Shown here piece after piece: positions 1 to 9,345 of a DNA stretch of 53,310 nucleotides. Below the pieces are notes generated by a model. It had not been told where the DNA came from. It worked only from the letters and a program-made list of their open reading frames with translations, and did no database searches. Location of the stretch: contig CALNYG010000013.1 in assembly GCA_942490825.1 (NCBI GenBank), forward strand, positions 1-53,310, read 5' to 3'. The first letter of the stretch is position 1; every line of letters begins with the position of its first letter. Source of the DNA: Candidatus Moraniibacteriota bacterium (GTDB lineage Bacteria > Patescibacteriota > Minisyncoccia > Moranbacterales > GCA-2747515). The position numbers and the translations under genes are program-made.

Positions 1-2
1 AG

Positions 3-107
3 GATCAAACGGAGATGGTGTCGTCTTCGACTGTACCAGTGGCGTATGAGGTTTATAAATGGTATTTTGAGGAAGAAGAAAAAGAAAGGAAAGAGGAGGT
101 CTTATAA
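3..107 (+). CDS. 3' end of a CDS truncated by the window edge; possibly a penicillin-binding protein transpeptidase C-terminus
   Basis: Frame 3 reads DQTEMVSSSTVPVAYEVYKWYFEEEEKERKEEVL* (TAA 105-107). SSTVPVAxEVxKWYF resembles PBP2/FtsI-type C-terminal helices; fragment too short to be sure. Confidence 0.35.
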   Translation, partial: DQTEMVSSSTVPVAYEVYKWYFEEEEKERKEEVL

Positions 108-169
108 TCAATAAGATAATTTTTAATCTTTTATTAAGATTAGGGATATATATTAAAATCCTAATAAAT

Positions 170-844
170 TTGAATATATTAAAATTTATTTTAAAAAGTA
201 TTAATTTGTTTAATGATTTTAAATTGATGACAGTAAAGAAATTAAATAAAAACAATAACATAGGCAAAGGTTGGCAATACACTGTTTATGATTTGGGAAA
301 TGATCGAGTTTATAAAAGCTTTAATTCTTACCAGGACTCTTTTAAGATTATACTTAGAGATTGGTGGTTTGCTTTTTGGAAAGTGTTAATTCTCGTAAAA
401 GAAATGAAAAATAATGCTACTAAATCATTGAATTTTTTAGATCAATTTTTAATTCAACATCCAATGCAGGCAGTATTGTTTGGAAATTTAAAAAGAATTG
501 GTGAGCTTGATATCGAACAAGACAAGGTTATTCCTTTAAAAATTTATTTGAAAAATTGTTCAGCGGAGGAAAGTAAAATTATTATTGATAAATTTGTAGA
601 ATTATGCAGATTATTTTTTAAATATGGTTTTATGGATAAATCTTTGAAAGTGGGAGAAAACTTTGGAATTGATAAAAATGGTCAAATAATTCTGATGGAT
701 ATTGGAGAGATATGGTTCGATGAAAAAAGTGTAGAACGACAAATTAAAAATAGGGTTTGGACAAGTTGGTGGTGGATGCGGTGTATTCCACGTAGTTTAC
801 GAAAATATTATGTTCAGGAGATGGATAAGGTGTTTTTAAAATGA
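170..844 (+). CDS. Hypothetical protein with atypical protein-kinase-like motifs (alternative start ATG 227)
   Basis: Gly-rich loop IGKGWQYTVY followed by VYK; catalytic-loop-like MDKSLKVGEN; DFG-like ILMDIGE. Confidence 0.5.
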   Translation: MNILKFILKSINLFNDFKLMTVKKLNKNNNIGKGWQYTVYDLGNDRVYKSFNSYQDSFKIILRDWWFAFWKVLILVKEMKNNATKSLNFLDQFLIQHPMQAVLFGNLKRIGELDIEQDKVIPLKIYLKNCSAEESKIIIDKFVELCRLFFKYGFMDKSLKVGENFGIDKNGQIILMDIGEIWFDEKSVERQIKNRVWTSWWWMRCIPRSLRKYYVQEMDKVFLK

Positions 845-865
845 GTAGTTAATAAGAAATCAATC

Positions 866-2011
866 ATGAATCAAAACCACACACAACTAAAACAAATAAC
901 CCAAAAAAGTTTACGAGCCTGTTACCTAGACGGAAAAGTAGTCGCATCACTAACACACTTTTCAGATTTTTGGGCACGAGACACATTTTGGGCATTACCC
1001 GGAATGCTAGAAATCGGAGATGTACAAGAAGCAAAAAACTGTTTCGAATACTTTTTATCTTATCAACGCGAAGACGGAAAAATTCCCCGAAAAATATCTT
1101 TAGACTTAAATGCAATAAAATATTTAACAGGAAAAAAGTTTAAACGAAAAAATCCACATCCAACTTATTACGGTTTAGTGCCACCTTTTTACGCTAAAGA
1201 TAGCGAATTACTTTTGATTAATGCGTTTGCTCATTATATTAAAAAAACTCAGGATATTGAATTTCTTGAGAAAAATTTTTCAAAATTACAAAAAGCAATT
1301 GATTGGCATATTAAAACCGAAAAAGGTGGATTGATTAGCGAATACTTTTTAGGCAATTGGATGGATACAGTTTTTAAATTTGGTCCAGTTTTATATACAA
1401 ATGTTTTATATTTTCAAGCGTTGAAACAAATGTCTATTTTATCGAGAACTCTTGGAAATAAGAAAATGGAAATTAAATATTTAGAATTAGCGGTTAAAAC
1501 TCAAGATGTTATTCAAGATAGATTTTGGAATGGAGAATTTTTTGTTGATGAAACCAGAAAAGATAATAATGAGAAAATTTTTGATTTAGCGGGAAATGTA
1601 TTGGCAGTTATTTTTAATCTTGGTGAAGAAGACCAGAAAAAATCAGTTGTGAAAAAATTAAAAAACTATGTTCAAAAATACGGCACTTTTGTTCCAGCTG
1701 TGCCGACAGGTCATCCGTGGTATAAAATTAATCCCGTGGTTAGATTATTGGGAATTGCGGATTATCACACATCAACTAGTTGGTCATGGATTGATGCTTT
1801 TTTAGTTGAGGCTTTTTATGAAAATGGAGAAACTGAATTAGCGGAAAAAATGCTACAGGAATTTGAAAATGTAATTGTTAAAAATCAGGAAATGGGTGAG
1901 ACTTATTTTGTGGGCGGCGGGGTTTATAAAAAACGTTTTTGGGAGAGTGCGAGTCCGTTTGCGTGGAGTAGTGGGGTTTTGTTGAGTGTTTTGAGTGTAA
2001 TAGAAAAGTAG
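866..2011 (+). CDS. (alpha/alpha)6-barrel glycoside hydrolase, amylo-alpha-1,6-glucosidase / glycogen-debranching C-terminal-like
   Basis: FWARDTFWALPG (cf. WGRDT), NWMD, NVLY..AL, YH...W.W and FAWSSG motifs in the expected order. Confidence 0.75.
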   Translation: MNQNHTQLKQITQKSLRACYLDGKVVASLTHFSDFWARDTFWALPGMLEIGDVQEAKNCFEYFLSYQREDGKIPRKISLDLNAIKYLTGKKFKRKNPHPTYYGLVPPFYAKDSELLLINAFAHYIKKTQDIEFLEKNFSKLQKAIDWHIKTEKGGLISEYFLGNWMDTVFKFGPVLYTNVLYFQALKQMSILSRTLGNKKMEIKYLELAVKTQDVIQDRFWNGEFFVDETRKDNNEKIFDLAGNVLAVIFNLGEEDQKKSVVKKLKNYVQKYGTFVPAVPTGHPWYKINPVVRLLGIADYHTSTSWSWIDAFLVEAFYENGETELAEKMLQEFENVIVKNQEMGETYFVGGGVYKKRFWESASPFAWSSGVLLSVLSVIEK

Positions 2012-2054
2012 ACAGTTAGAATAATAGATATTTAAATAATGAAATAATACATTT

Positions 2055-2298
2055 TGTCATTCTGAGCGTAATAAATTTATAAAAAATTTACTTTGCAGGA
2101 ACCAGTTTTACAACTGGTTTCGAAACGTTTTTGTTACGATTCAATTTAAATTTTAAATTTTTTTGTTAAACTTTTTCAGAAACGTATGGAACAGATTGTA
2201 AAATCTATTCCTGCTAAGGCTTTTCTGATACTGAAAGGATATTTAAGGTCTTATCGAGATTGCCACGTCACTCCCTACGGTCATTCCTCGCAATGATG
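2055..2298. repeat. Long imperfect fold-back element with TGTCATT/AATGA ends
   Basis: Left arm gcaggaaccagttttacaactggtttcgaaacgttt versus reverse complement of right arm gcaggaatagattttacaatctgttccatacgttt; starts tgtcattctgagcg, ends cctcgcaatgat. Confidence 0.6.
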
Positions 2299-2331
2299 TG
2301 ATAGATTTGAAAATTTTATTGCAGTTGAAAA

Positions 2332-2348
2332 GCCTGTGCGGCGAGCAC
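2332..2348 (+). repeat. Dispersed 17-nt GC-rich motif, copy 1 (GCCTGTGCGGCGAGCAC)
   Basis: Same motif at 7293, 32963, 40347, 45052, 48044. Confidence 0.9.
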
Positions 2349-2368
2349 AATTTAATTTTTGAAGTCCC

Positions 2369-2396
2369 TTGCAAGAAAAAATAATTCGTGTATACT
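2369..2396 (+). promoter_or_regulatory. Putative sigma70 promoter of rplI
   Basis: TTGCAA-N16-TATACT, 43 nt before the ATG. Confidence 0.55.
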
Positions 2397-2439
2397 ATAA
2401 ATTAGATTATGTAAGATTTGTATTTATATTAGAGACTAT

Positions 2440-2886
2440 ATGAAAGTTATATTAAACGAAGACAATAAGAATTTGGGTAAGAAAAAAGGAGACATTGTTA
2501 ATGTTTCTGATGGTTTTGCTTTTAATAGTTTGATTCCAAGTGGTATGGCTAGTCCTGCGACTAAGGAGACAATGGCTGAATTGGAGCGACAAAAAGCTCA
2601 GGATGAGGCTGTTCAGGCTGATAAAGTAAAAGCTGCCCAAGAAAATGCTAAGAAGCTAGATAAGAAGAAAGTTAATATTATTTCTAAAGCTGAGGGTAAT
2701 AAATTATTTGGTTCTGTGGATAAAAAGCAGATTGCTGAAGCAATTAAGGAACAACACAAAATTGATGTTGATGAGAAGATGATTGTGTTGGCTGAACCGA
2801 TCAAGGAGTTGACTACTTTAGAGATTGTGATTGATTATGGTAACAAGGCTAAAGCTGGTGTTATTCTAACGATTTCTTCAAAATAG
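2440..2886 (+). CDS. rplI: 50S ribosomal protein L9
   Basis: MKVIL..D..NLGKKKGDIVNVSDGFAFN.LIP.G.A N-domain; KLFGSV motif; 148 aa. Confidence 0.95.
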   Translation: MKVILNEDNKNLGKKKGDIVNVSDGFAFNSLIPSGMASPATKETMAELERQKAQDEAVQADKVKAAQENAKKLDKKKVNIISKAEGNKLFGSVDKKQIAEAIKEQHKIDVDEKMIVLAEPIKELTTLEIVIDYGNKAKAGVILTISSK

Positions 2887-2909
2887 ATTTTTAGTTAATT
2901 TAGACTTTA

Positions 2910-2939
2910 AAAGAGGCGCTTTTACTCAAGCGTCTCTTT
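2910..2939 (+). terminator. Intrinsic terminator after rplI
   Basis: aaagaggcgctt / aagcgtctcttt stem. Confidence 0.7.
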
Positions 2940-2988
2940 GACTTTGCAAAAAGGGATTTTGAGTGATTAATTTATTTAAAATAATATA

Positions 2989-3366
2989 ATGAAAGAAACT
3001 TTTGAAAATTTTTATAAGATGTTAAAATTAGATAGGGAAAAATCTTCTTTTTCGAAAAGTCATAGCTTAGAAGATAGATTTACTGAATTAAAATTAGAGA
3101 TTGAGGAAATTGGAAAAGCTCTTGAAAATAATGATACTGAAAATTTAAAAGAAGAATTAGGCGATGGTTTGTGGGATTTGCTTTTTATGATTGTGATTGC
3201 TGAGGAGAAAGGCTTATTTTCGGGAAAAGAGGTTTTTGATGGTGCGATTAAAAAATTAAAGAGAAGAAAGTCTTGGATTTTTGAGGAGGGTGAGATGAAG
3301 ACGAGAGAGGAGGAAATTGAGCTTTGGAATGAAAATAAGAGGAAAGAAAAATTGGGTTTGATTTAG
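2989..3366 (+). CDS. MazG-like nucleotide pyrophosphohydrolase
   Basis: E..EI......NDTENLKEELGD.LW.LLF and KLKRRK.WIF match the MazG all-alpha NTP-PPase pattern. Confidence 0.8.
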   Translation: MKETFENFYKMLKLDREKSSFSKSHSLEDRFTELKLEIEEIGKALENNDTENLKEELGDGLWDLLFMIVIAEEKGLFSGKEVFDGAIKKLKRRKSWIFEEGEMKTREEEIELWNENKRKEKLGLI

Positions 3367-3405
3367 TTTTTAAATAATTTTAAATAATTAATTAATTAAT
3401 TTAAT

Positions 3406-3897
3406 ATGGAAAATATTCAAAATAAAGAAGAATATCAAAGTATAAAACCAAAAGTAAATGGGTTTATATTAGTTTTACAAAGTATTTTTGCGGGTCTATT
3501 TTTCTGGGCTCCATTTGCAGGTTTCGGAGGTTTTTGGTTATATGTTATTTTTGGTCTAGAAAGTTTAATAATTTTACCTATAGTTTTTGTGTTCTTTTTT
3601 CTTATATCTTTGTTATTAACAAAATCAAGTTATGAAGAAATGGAATATAAATTTTATAAAGATAGAGTTGAATATGTTGATGGCTTTTTTGTCAAAAATA
3701 AAAAAGCAATTAAATATGAGAATATAGTTAATATTAGCCAAACAAGAGGGATTTTAATTGATAGAATATTTAATTTAGGTAAAATAAATATTTATACTGC
3801 TGGAGCAAGTTTTAGTACAGGACTGCGTATGGTTTTTATAGAAAATCCAGATTATGTTTACGATTGGATTATAAAAATAACATCTAAAGAAAAATAA
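3406..3897 (+). CDS. Membrane protein with bacterial PH (bPH_2 / YdbS-like) domain
   Basis: Two N-terminal TM segments; GFFVK....I.YENI.NI...RG....RIFNLG.I.I.TAG pattern. Confidence 0.75.
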   Translation: MENIQNKEEYQSIKPKVNGFILVLQSIFAGLFFWAPFAGFGGFWLYVIFGLESLIILPIVFVFFFLISLLLTKSSYEEMEYKFYKDRVEYVDGFFVKNKKAIKYENIVNISQTRGILIDRIFNLGKINIYTAGASFSTGLRMVFIENPDYVYDWIIKITSKEK

Positions 3898-3915
3898 TGT
3901 AATTAACAAAAAAAT

Positions 3916-5559
3916 ATGGCGAAAAAAAATAAGAAATTTATATTCGTAGTTGGAGGAGTAATGAGCGGAGTAGGAAAAGGAATAACCGCATCATCAATCG
4001 GAAGACTAGTCCAATCTCGAGGATTCAACGTAACAGCAATTAAAGTCGATCCTTACATTAACGTAGACGCAGGAACGATGAACCCAACAGAGCACGGAGA
4101 AGTTTTCGTTCTTGAAGACGGTGACGAAACCGATCAAGACATGGGGAATTACGAAAGATTCTTAGGAACAACTTTAACTCGAACAAATTACATGACAACC
4201 GGACGAGTTTACCAGTCCGTAATTGAGCGAGAAAGAAACGGTGAATACAAAGGAAAATGCGTAGAAGTAGTGCCACACATTCCATTAGAAATTATCGATC
4301 GAATTGAGACAGCAGCTGAAAAAGCCGATGCAGATGTTTCAGTAATTGAAATCGGAGGAACAATTGGCGAATATCAAAACATTCTTTTTCTTGAGGCAGC
4401 ACGGATGATGAAAGCAAAATATCCAGATAGCGTAGCGTTTGTTTTAGTAAGTTATGTACCAATACCAAATAAAGTTGGTGAGATGAAAACTAAGCCGACA
4501 CAATACGCTTCTCGAACTTTGAACGGAGCAGGAATTCAGGCAGATATTATTGTGGCTCGTTCTGATATTGAATTAGATGAAAAGCGAAAAGAAAAAATCT
4601 CACTTTCATGTAGTGTTAAAAAAGAAAATGTAATTAGTGCACCAGACGTGGAAAGTATTTATCATGTTCCTGTTAATTTTGAAAAAGATGGCTTGAGTGA
4701 TATTTTACTTAAAGAATTAAACTTGAAATCGAAGACTAAAGATTTAACTGAGTGGACTAAGTTTGCCAATAAAATTACCCGAGCAAAGAAAACTTTAAAA
4801 ATTGGAATTGTTGGAAAATATTTTTCAACCGGAGACTTTGTGCTTTCTGATGCGTACATTAGTGTAATTGAGGCAGTTAAACATGCTTGTTATTATAATG
4901 GTTGTAAACCTGAAATTGATTGGTTAGACAGTAGTGAATATGAGAAAGATCCGAAAAAACTTGAAGATTTGAAAAATTATGCAGGAATTGTAGTTCCTGG
5001 TGGATTTGGTTCTCGTGGGATTGAAGGAAAAATTAAAGTGGCAGAATTTTGTCGAGAAAATAAAGTTCCTTACTTTGGACTTTGTTACGGTATGCAAATT
5101 GCAGTGGTTGAATATGCTCGAAATGTTTTGAAACTTGAAGATGCTCACACGGTGGAGATGAAGGCAACTGCGAAGAATAAAATCATTGATATTATGCCAG
5201 AGCAAAAAAAGAAATTGGAGAATAAGGATTTTGGTGGCTCGATGCGATTAGGTAGTTATCCTGCGATCATTGCGAAGAAGACGATTGCGTTTAAGGCATA
5301 TAAGGACACTGAAGTTTCTGAGCGTCATCGTCATCGGTATGAGGTTAATCCTGAGTTTATTGAGAGACTGGAAGAAGCTGGATTGGTTTTTTCTGGGAAG
5401 TCGCCGAATGGTGAATTGATGGAGATCATGGAATTGCCAGTGAGTGTTCATCCGTTTTATTTAGCAACGCAGTTTCATCCGGAGTTTCAGTCTGCTCCGT
5501 TAGATCCGCATCCTTTGTTTATGGGTTTTGTGAAGGTGGCGAAAAAATTGAGTGAGTAA
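3916..5559 (+). CDS. pyrG: CTP synthase
   Basis: GGVMSGVGKG, DPYINVDAGTMNPTEHGEVFV, GLCYGMQ, ERHRHRYE, QFHPEF. Confidence 0.99.
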   Translation: MAKKNKKFIFVVGGVMSGVGKGITASSIGRLVQSRGFNVTAIKVDPYINVDAGTMNPTEHGEVFVLEDGDETDQDMGNYERFLGTTLTRTNYMTTGRVYQSVIERERNGEYKGKCVEVVPHIPLEIIDRIETAAEKADADVSVIEIGGTIGEYQNILFLEAARMMKAKYPDSVAFVLVSYVPIPNKVGEMKTKPTQYASRTLNGAGIQADIIVARSDIELDEKRKEKISLSCSVKKENVISAPDVESIYHVPVNFEKDGLSDILLKELNLKSKTKDLTEWTKFANKITRAKKTLKIGIVGKYFSTGDFVLSDAYISVIEAVKHACYYNGCKPEIDWLDSSEYEKDPKKLEDLKNYAGIVVPGGFGSRGIEGKIKVAEFCRENKVPYFGLCYGMQIAVVEYARNVLKLEDAHTVEMKATAKNKIIDIMPEQKKKLENKDFGGSMRLGSYPAIIAKKTIAFKAYKDTEVSERHRHRYEVNPEFIERLEEAGLVFSGKSPNGELMEIMELPVSVHPFYLATQFHPEFQSAPLDPHPLFMGFVKVAKKLSE

Positions 5560-5566
5560 TTTTTTG

Positions 5567-5595
5567 AGAGGCGTGCTTTGCGTACGCCTCTTTTT
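5567..5595 (+). terminator. Intrinsic terminator after pyrG
   Basis: agaggcgt / acgcctct stem followed by a T run. Confidence 0.75.
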
Positions 5596-5619
5596 AATTT
5601 GGATATAAAATTATAGAAG

Positions 5620-6480
5620 ATGAGAAAAAAAATATCAAAAGAGCAACTGGAAAAGCTTTATCAAAAAGAAGGAGGGGATTATGTAGTTACTCCGTATGAA
5701 GATGGATCTAAAGTTGCCTTAAGTATATTTAGGAATTATAAAGATGAAGTCAATAGAGATTTTCTAATTCTTATTGTAGTTGCTATTTTAAATGATGGAA
5801 CTGTGCTTGGTAAGGTAAATAAAGTGGTAAAACCACAAGGTAAAAATTCAAACCTTTTTTATTTAGCAGAAGATAAAAAATTTTTAAATTTTAATTTGGA
5901 AAAAAATGATGATATAAAGTTTGGATTTAAAAAAATGAAAATTACGTACAAGAATAAATATCTTAATATAAATGAATTCGTTGATAATTTAGAGCAAAAT
6001 CATTTTAAAGGGGGTAAAAATATTTATGAAAAATTTAAAGTTATATTATTTTTATTATTTTTAAAATTTATTTACAAGTTGGCAGATATAAAATATAATC
6101 CTAAGTATACTTTTATACCAAGAGAAAATCCATTGGAAATAAAATTAAAAAAAGCTTTTAAACCGCCAACATTTAAAACTTATTTTAGAGATTTTAAAAT
6201 ATATAGAAATTTATTTATTACCTCAATTTTTTCTTTGATATTGTTAATTATAATTTCAACAAGATTTAATTTTATTGGAAATTTTACAATTAATATATTT
6301 TTTAGTAACTCATCACCCAAATTAGATAATCCTCTTTCATTACTTTATTTTATATTTATGTTATTAATGTTAGAGAAAATAAGTATTTGGTTAGAAATAA
6401 ATTTTAAAGAAAAAGGTATTTTTTATACTTTGTCGAATAAACATAGGAAAATGCAAACTCAATTTAAATTAAAAATGTAG
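5620..6480 (+). CDS. Hypothetical protein with two C-terminal hydrophobic segments
   Basis: 286-aa very AT-rich ORF, no recognised family motif. Confidence 0.7.
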   Translation: MRKKISKEQLEKLYQKEGGDYVVTPYEDGSKVALSIFRNYKDEVNRDFLILIVVAILNDGTVLGKVNKVVKPQGKNSNLFYLAEDKKFLNFNLEKNDDIKFGFKKMKITYKNKYLNINEFVDNLEQNHFKGGKNIYEKFKVILFLLFLKFIYKLADIKYNPKYTFIPRENPLEIKLKKAFKPPTFKTYFRDFKIYRNLFITSIFSLILLIIISTRFNFIGNFTINIFFSNSSPKLDNPLSLLYFIFMLLMLEKISIWLEINFKEKGIFYTLSNKHRKMQTQFKLKM

Positions 6481-6493
6481 AAACAAAATTATC

Positions 6494-6532
6494 ACACCGT
6501 AGAAACGTTGCATTGCAACGTTTCTACGGTGT
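6494..6532. repeat. REP-type perfect palindrome (GTAG family) upstream of the RAYT
   Basis: acaccgtagaaacgttgca-t-tgcaacgtttctacggtgt, 19-bp perfect arms. Confidence 0.9.
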
Positions 6533-6546
6533 AAGGAATTAAAACA

Positions 6547-7140
6547 ATGCAAATAAATCCAGAAAAATTCAAAAATAAATATCGCACAAAATCAACCCGT
6601 TTACAAAACTGGAATTACGCATCAGCAGGTTGGTATTACATAACAATTTGCACAAAAAACAAAGAAAATTATTTCGGAAAAATAAAAGACCAAAAATTAA
6701 TTTTAAATGAAATAGGAAAAATCGCAGAAAAATTTTGGTCAGAAATTCCAAAACATTTTCAAAACGTACGATTAGACGAATTTATAATTATGCCAAATCA
6801 TATTCATGGAATAATTGTGATTGATGATGTGGAGGATGATGTTGTTGTAGAGACGTTGCAGTGCAACGTCTCTACGATGAAGGAAGGAAAAAATAAATTT
6901 TATTCAAAAATCTCACCAAAACCACGATCATTATCAACAATCATTCGATCATTCAAATCAATCTGCACAAAAACAATAAACAATAATTTTAAAATAAAAA
7001 ATAACAATCAAAAAATAAATTTTGCATGGCAACCAAAATTTTATGATCACATAATTCGCAACGAAGAATCTTTAAACAAAATTCGAGAATATATTTTTCA
7101 AAATCCTTTTAACTGGGAAAAAGATGAAAATTTTAAGTGA
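6547..7140 (+). mobile_element. REP-associated tyrosine transposase (RAYT / TnpAREP, Y1 HUH family)
   Basis: YYITICT, HUH motif MPNHIHGII, SLSTIIRSFKS, WQPKFYDHIIR and YIFQNP; flanked by GTAG palindromes. Confidence 0.9.
6847..6875. repeat. REP palindrome inside the RAYT coding sequence
   Basis: gtagagacgttgca-g-tgcaacgtctctac, translated in frame as VETLQCNVST. Confidence 0.9.
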
Positions 7141-7190
7141 TTTTTAGATTTATGATTTTTTGCAGAAAATTCTTTGTCTTCTTATTTTTA

Positions 7191-7215
7191 AAACGTTGCA
7201 GTGCAACGTTTCTAC
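7191..7215. repeat. REP palindrome downstream of the RAYT, left GTAG degenerate
   Basis: aaacgttgca-g-tgcaacgtttctac. Confidence 0.85.
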
Positions 7216-7245
7216 AAAAAAGAAAATATATTTTCCGGAATGACA
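7209..7245 (+). repeat. Repeat tttctac(A)n gaaaatatattttccggaatgaca, copy 1
   Basis: Identical to 47953-47986 apart from A-run length (6 vs 3). Confidence 0.85.
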
Positions 7246-7292
7246 AATCTAGGAATTTCGTGTTTCTGGAATTTTTACAAATATGTATCATA

Positions 7293-7309
7293 GCCCGTGC
7301 GGCGAGCAC
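7293..7309 (+). repeat. Dispersed 17-nt motif, copy 2
   Basis: GCCCGTGCGGCGAGCAC. Confidence 0.9.
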
Positions 7310-7341
7310 AATTATTTTTATTCTTAATTATTTTTAAAAAC

Positions 7342-7386
7342 TTATCGAGATTGCCACGTCGTCGCTCCGCTCCTCCTCGCAATGAC
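7342..7386 (+). repeat. Palindromic-element right half ttatcgagattgccacgtc...cctcgcaatgac
   Basis: Shares its first 19 nt and its cctcgcaatga end with 2251-2297. Confidence 0.8.
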
Positions 7387-7508
7387 GCGAAAGGTAAAGT
7401 GAAATATTTTCACTTGTCAATGTGTATTATTAATATATACGTAAAAACAAAAAACCAAATTTCCAATTTTTACCAAAAAACTTCTTAAATCATCAACATT
7501 CTCAAAAT

Positions 7509-9305
7509 ATGTCATCAGATGTCGAATTAGTAAAGTCCAGAATTAACATTGTGGATATAATAGGAGAGTACGTAAAATTGATAAAAGCTGGAGGCAGTCT
7601 AAAAGCTAATTGCCCATTTCATCAGGAAAAAACACCATCTTTTGTAGTCAATGAAGACAAACAGATTTATCACTGTTTCGGTTGCAATCAAGGTGGAGAC
7701 GTTTTAACTTTTTTGATGGAGATGGAGAGCATTGGATTTCGTGAAGCATTGCAAATGTTGGCAGAAAGATCAGGGATTGAATTGCAAAATAATTTTACAC
7801 AAAATAAAGAAGAAAAGAAAAAAAATGATTCATTTTATTCTATCTTAGATTTATCAGCTCGATTTTACGCAAAGCAAATTTGGTCAGATGAAAAAAATAA
7901 AATCTTAGAATATTTGCGAGACAGGGGTATGGGTGACGAAATTATCAAAAAATTCAAAATTGGATTTGCACCAGATGGTTGGAATAATTTAGAGAATTTT
8001 TTAGTTAAACAGGATTTTACGAAAGAGGATATTTTTGAATCAGGGCTTTTAGTGAAAAAAAAGTCAGATGGATATTACGATCGTTTTCGCAACAGAATTA
8101 TTTTTCCAATTGCAGATTCTCTAGGGCGAGTGGTTGGATTTACAGCTCGAGTTTTACCAGGTGATGATGAATCTCAGGCAAAATATATCAACACTCCAGA
8201 ATCACCACTTTATCATAAGAGTAGTATTCTTTACGGAATCGATTTAGCAAAGCAGATAATTAAGCAGAAAGATCAGGTGATAATTATGGAGGGGAATATG
8301 GATGTGATAGCAGCTTGGCAGGCGGGCGTGGAAAATGTAGTGGCAGTTTCAGGGACAGCTTTAACAGATGATCATATTAAAATTCTAAAACGGTATACGA
8401 AAAATTTTGTTTTATTTTTTGATTCAGACGATGCTGGGATGAAAGCGGCAGAACGAAGTGCAAAAACTTGTTTGTCAGCAGATGTTAATTTATCAATGGT
8501 TGTTTTAAAAGAAGGAAAAGATGCTGCGGATATTGTCAAAGATAATCCTGAAAAGTTGCAAAAAATTATTGATGAGGTAAAAAATGTTATTGATTCATTT
8601 ATTGATTTAGCAAAAGAGAAATATGACTTGTCAGATCCTCGCGGTAAAAGATTGGCAGTTGATGAAGTTATATCATTCGTTGCTCACATTGATAATTCGA
8701 TAGAACGAGAAGCTTGGGTTTTAAAATGTGCTGATATTTTTAATGTTGATGAGAAAATGATTTATGATGTAGTGACAAAACATCGCGCAGAGGAAAATAA
8801 AACTTTCAAAGGTAATAAAAATGTTCAGGAAAATGAAAAGGTTGAAGTAAGTGATGCAGTTAAGAATTCAAGATTATATCGATTATATAAATCAATCGCT
8901 TTAATAATGCTATCTTATCCACATGTTTGGAAACATATTTATGAAAACAAGGAAAAATTTTCAATCTTAATGGATCATAATTTTTTAGCAATTTTATTTA
9001 AAGAAGGTTTAGATTGTAATTTCGAAGCAGGCAATTTCGTCAGTAAAGATAATAGTCGAGAAAATATTTATAAAGAAGCTTTGAATTTTAAACAAAGATA
9101 TGAAATTGAGCATCAAGATGAGAGTAGTCCGATTGCAGACGTAGAAGATTATTTTAAGAATATTATTCAGGAGAAAAATAAACAAGAAATTACTCAATTA
9201 ACTCAACAATTGAAACAGATGCAAAAGAAGGGTAATTATGAAAAGCAAAAGGAAATTTTAGAAAAAATAACTCAAGCTTCTAAAAATTTAATTAATTATT
9301 CATAA
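7509..9305 (+). CDS. dnaG: DNA primase
   Basis: CPFHQEKTPSF and CFGC zinc finger, YYDRFRNRIIFPI, KYINTPE, EGNMDV and DSDDAG TOPRIM motifs. Confidence 0.98.
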   Translation: MSSDVELVKSRINIVDIIGEYVKLIKAGGSLKANCPFHQEKTPSFVVNEDKQIYHCFGCNQGGDVLTFLMEMESIGFREALQMLAERSGIELQNNFTQNKEEKKKNDSFYSILDLSARFYAKQIWSDEKNKILEYLRDRGMGDEIIKKFKIGFAPDGWNNLENFLVKQDFTKEDIFESGLLVKKKSDGYYDRFRNRIIFPIADSLGRVVGFTARVLPGDDESQAKYINTPESPLYHKSSILYGIDLAKQIIKQKDQVIIMEGNMDVIAAWQAGVENVVAVSGTALTDDHIKILKRYTKNFVLFFDSDDAGMKAAERSAKTCLSADVNLSMVVLKEGKDAADIVKDNPEKLQKIIDEVKNVIDSFIDLAKEKYDLSDPRGKRLAVDEVISFVAHIDNSIEREAWVLKCADIFNVDEKMIYDVVTKHRAEENKTFKGNKNVQENEKVEVSDAVKNSRLYRLYKSIALIMLSYPHVWKHIYENKEKFSILMDHNFLAILFKEGLDCNFEAGNFVSKDNSRENIYKEALNFKQRYEIEHQDESSPIADVEDYFKNIIQEKNKQEITQLTQQLKQMQKKGNYEKQKEILEKITQASKNLINYS

Positions 9306-9345
9306 TTCATTTTTTTTAAAAATAACTAATCTAAATTAATATAAT

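Noticed and set aside
7137-7488. ORFs 7137-7337 and 7297-7488 as real genes
   Set aside because: They are translations of REP and palindromic repeat DNA.
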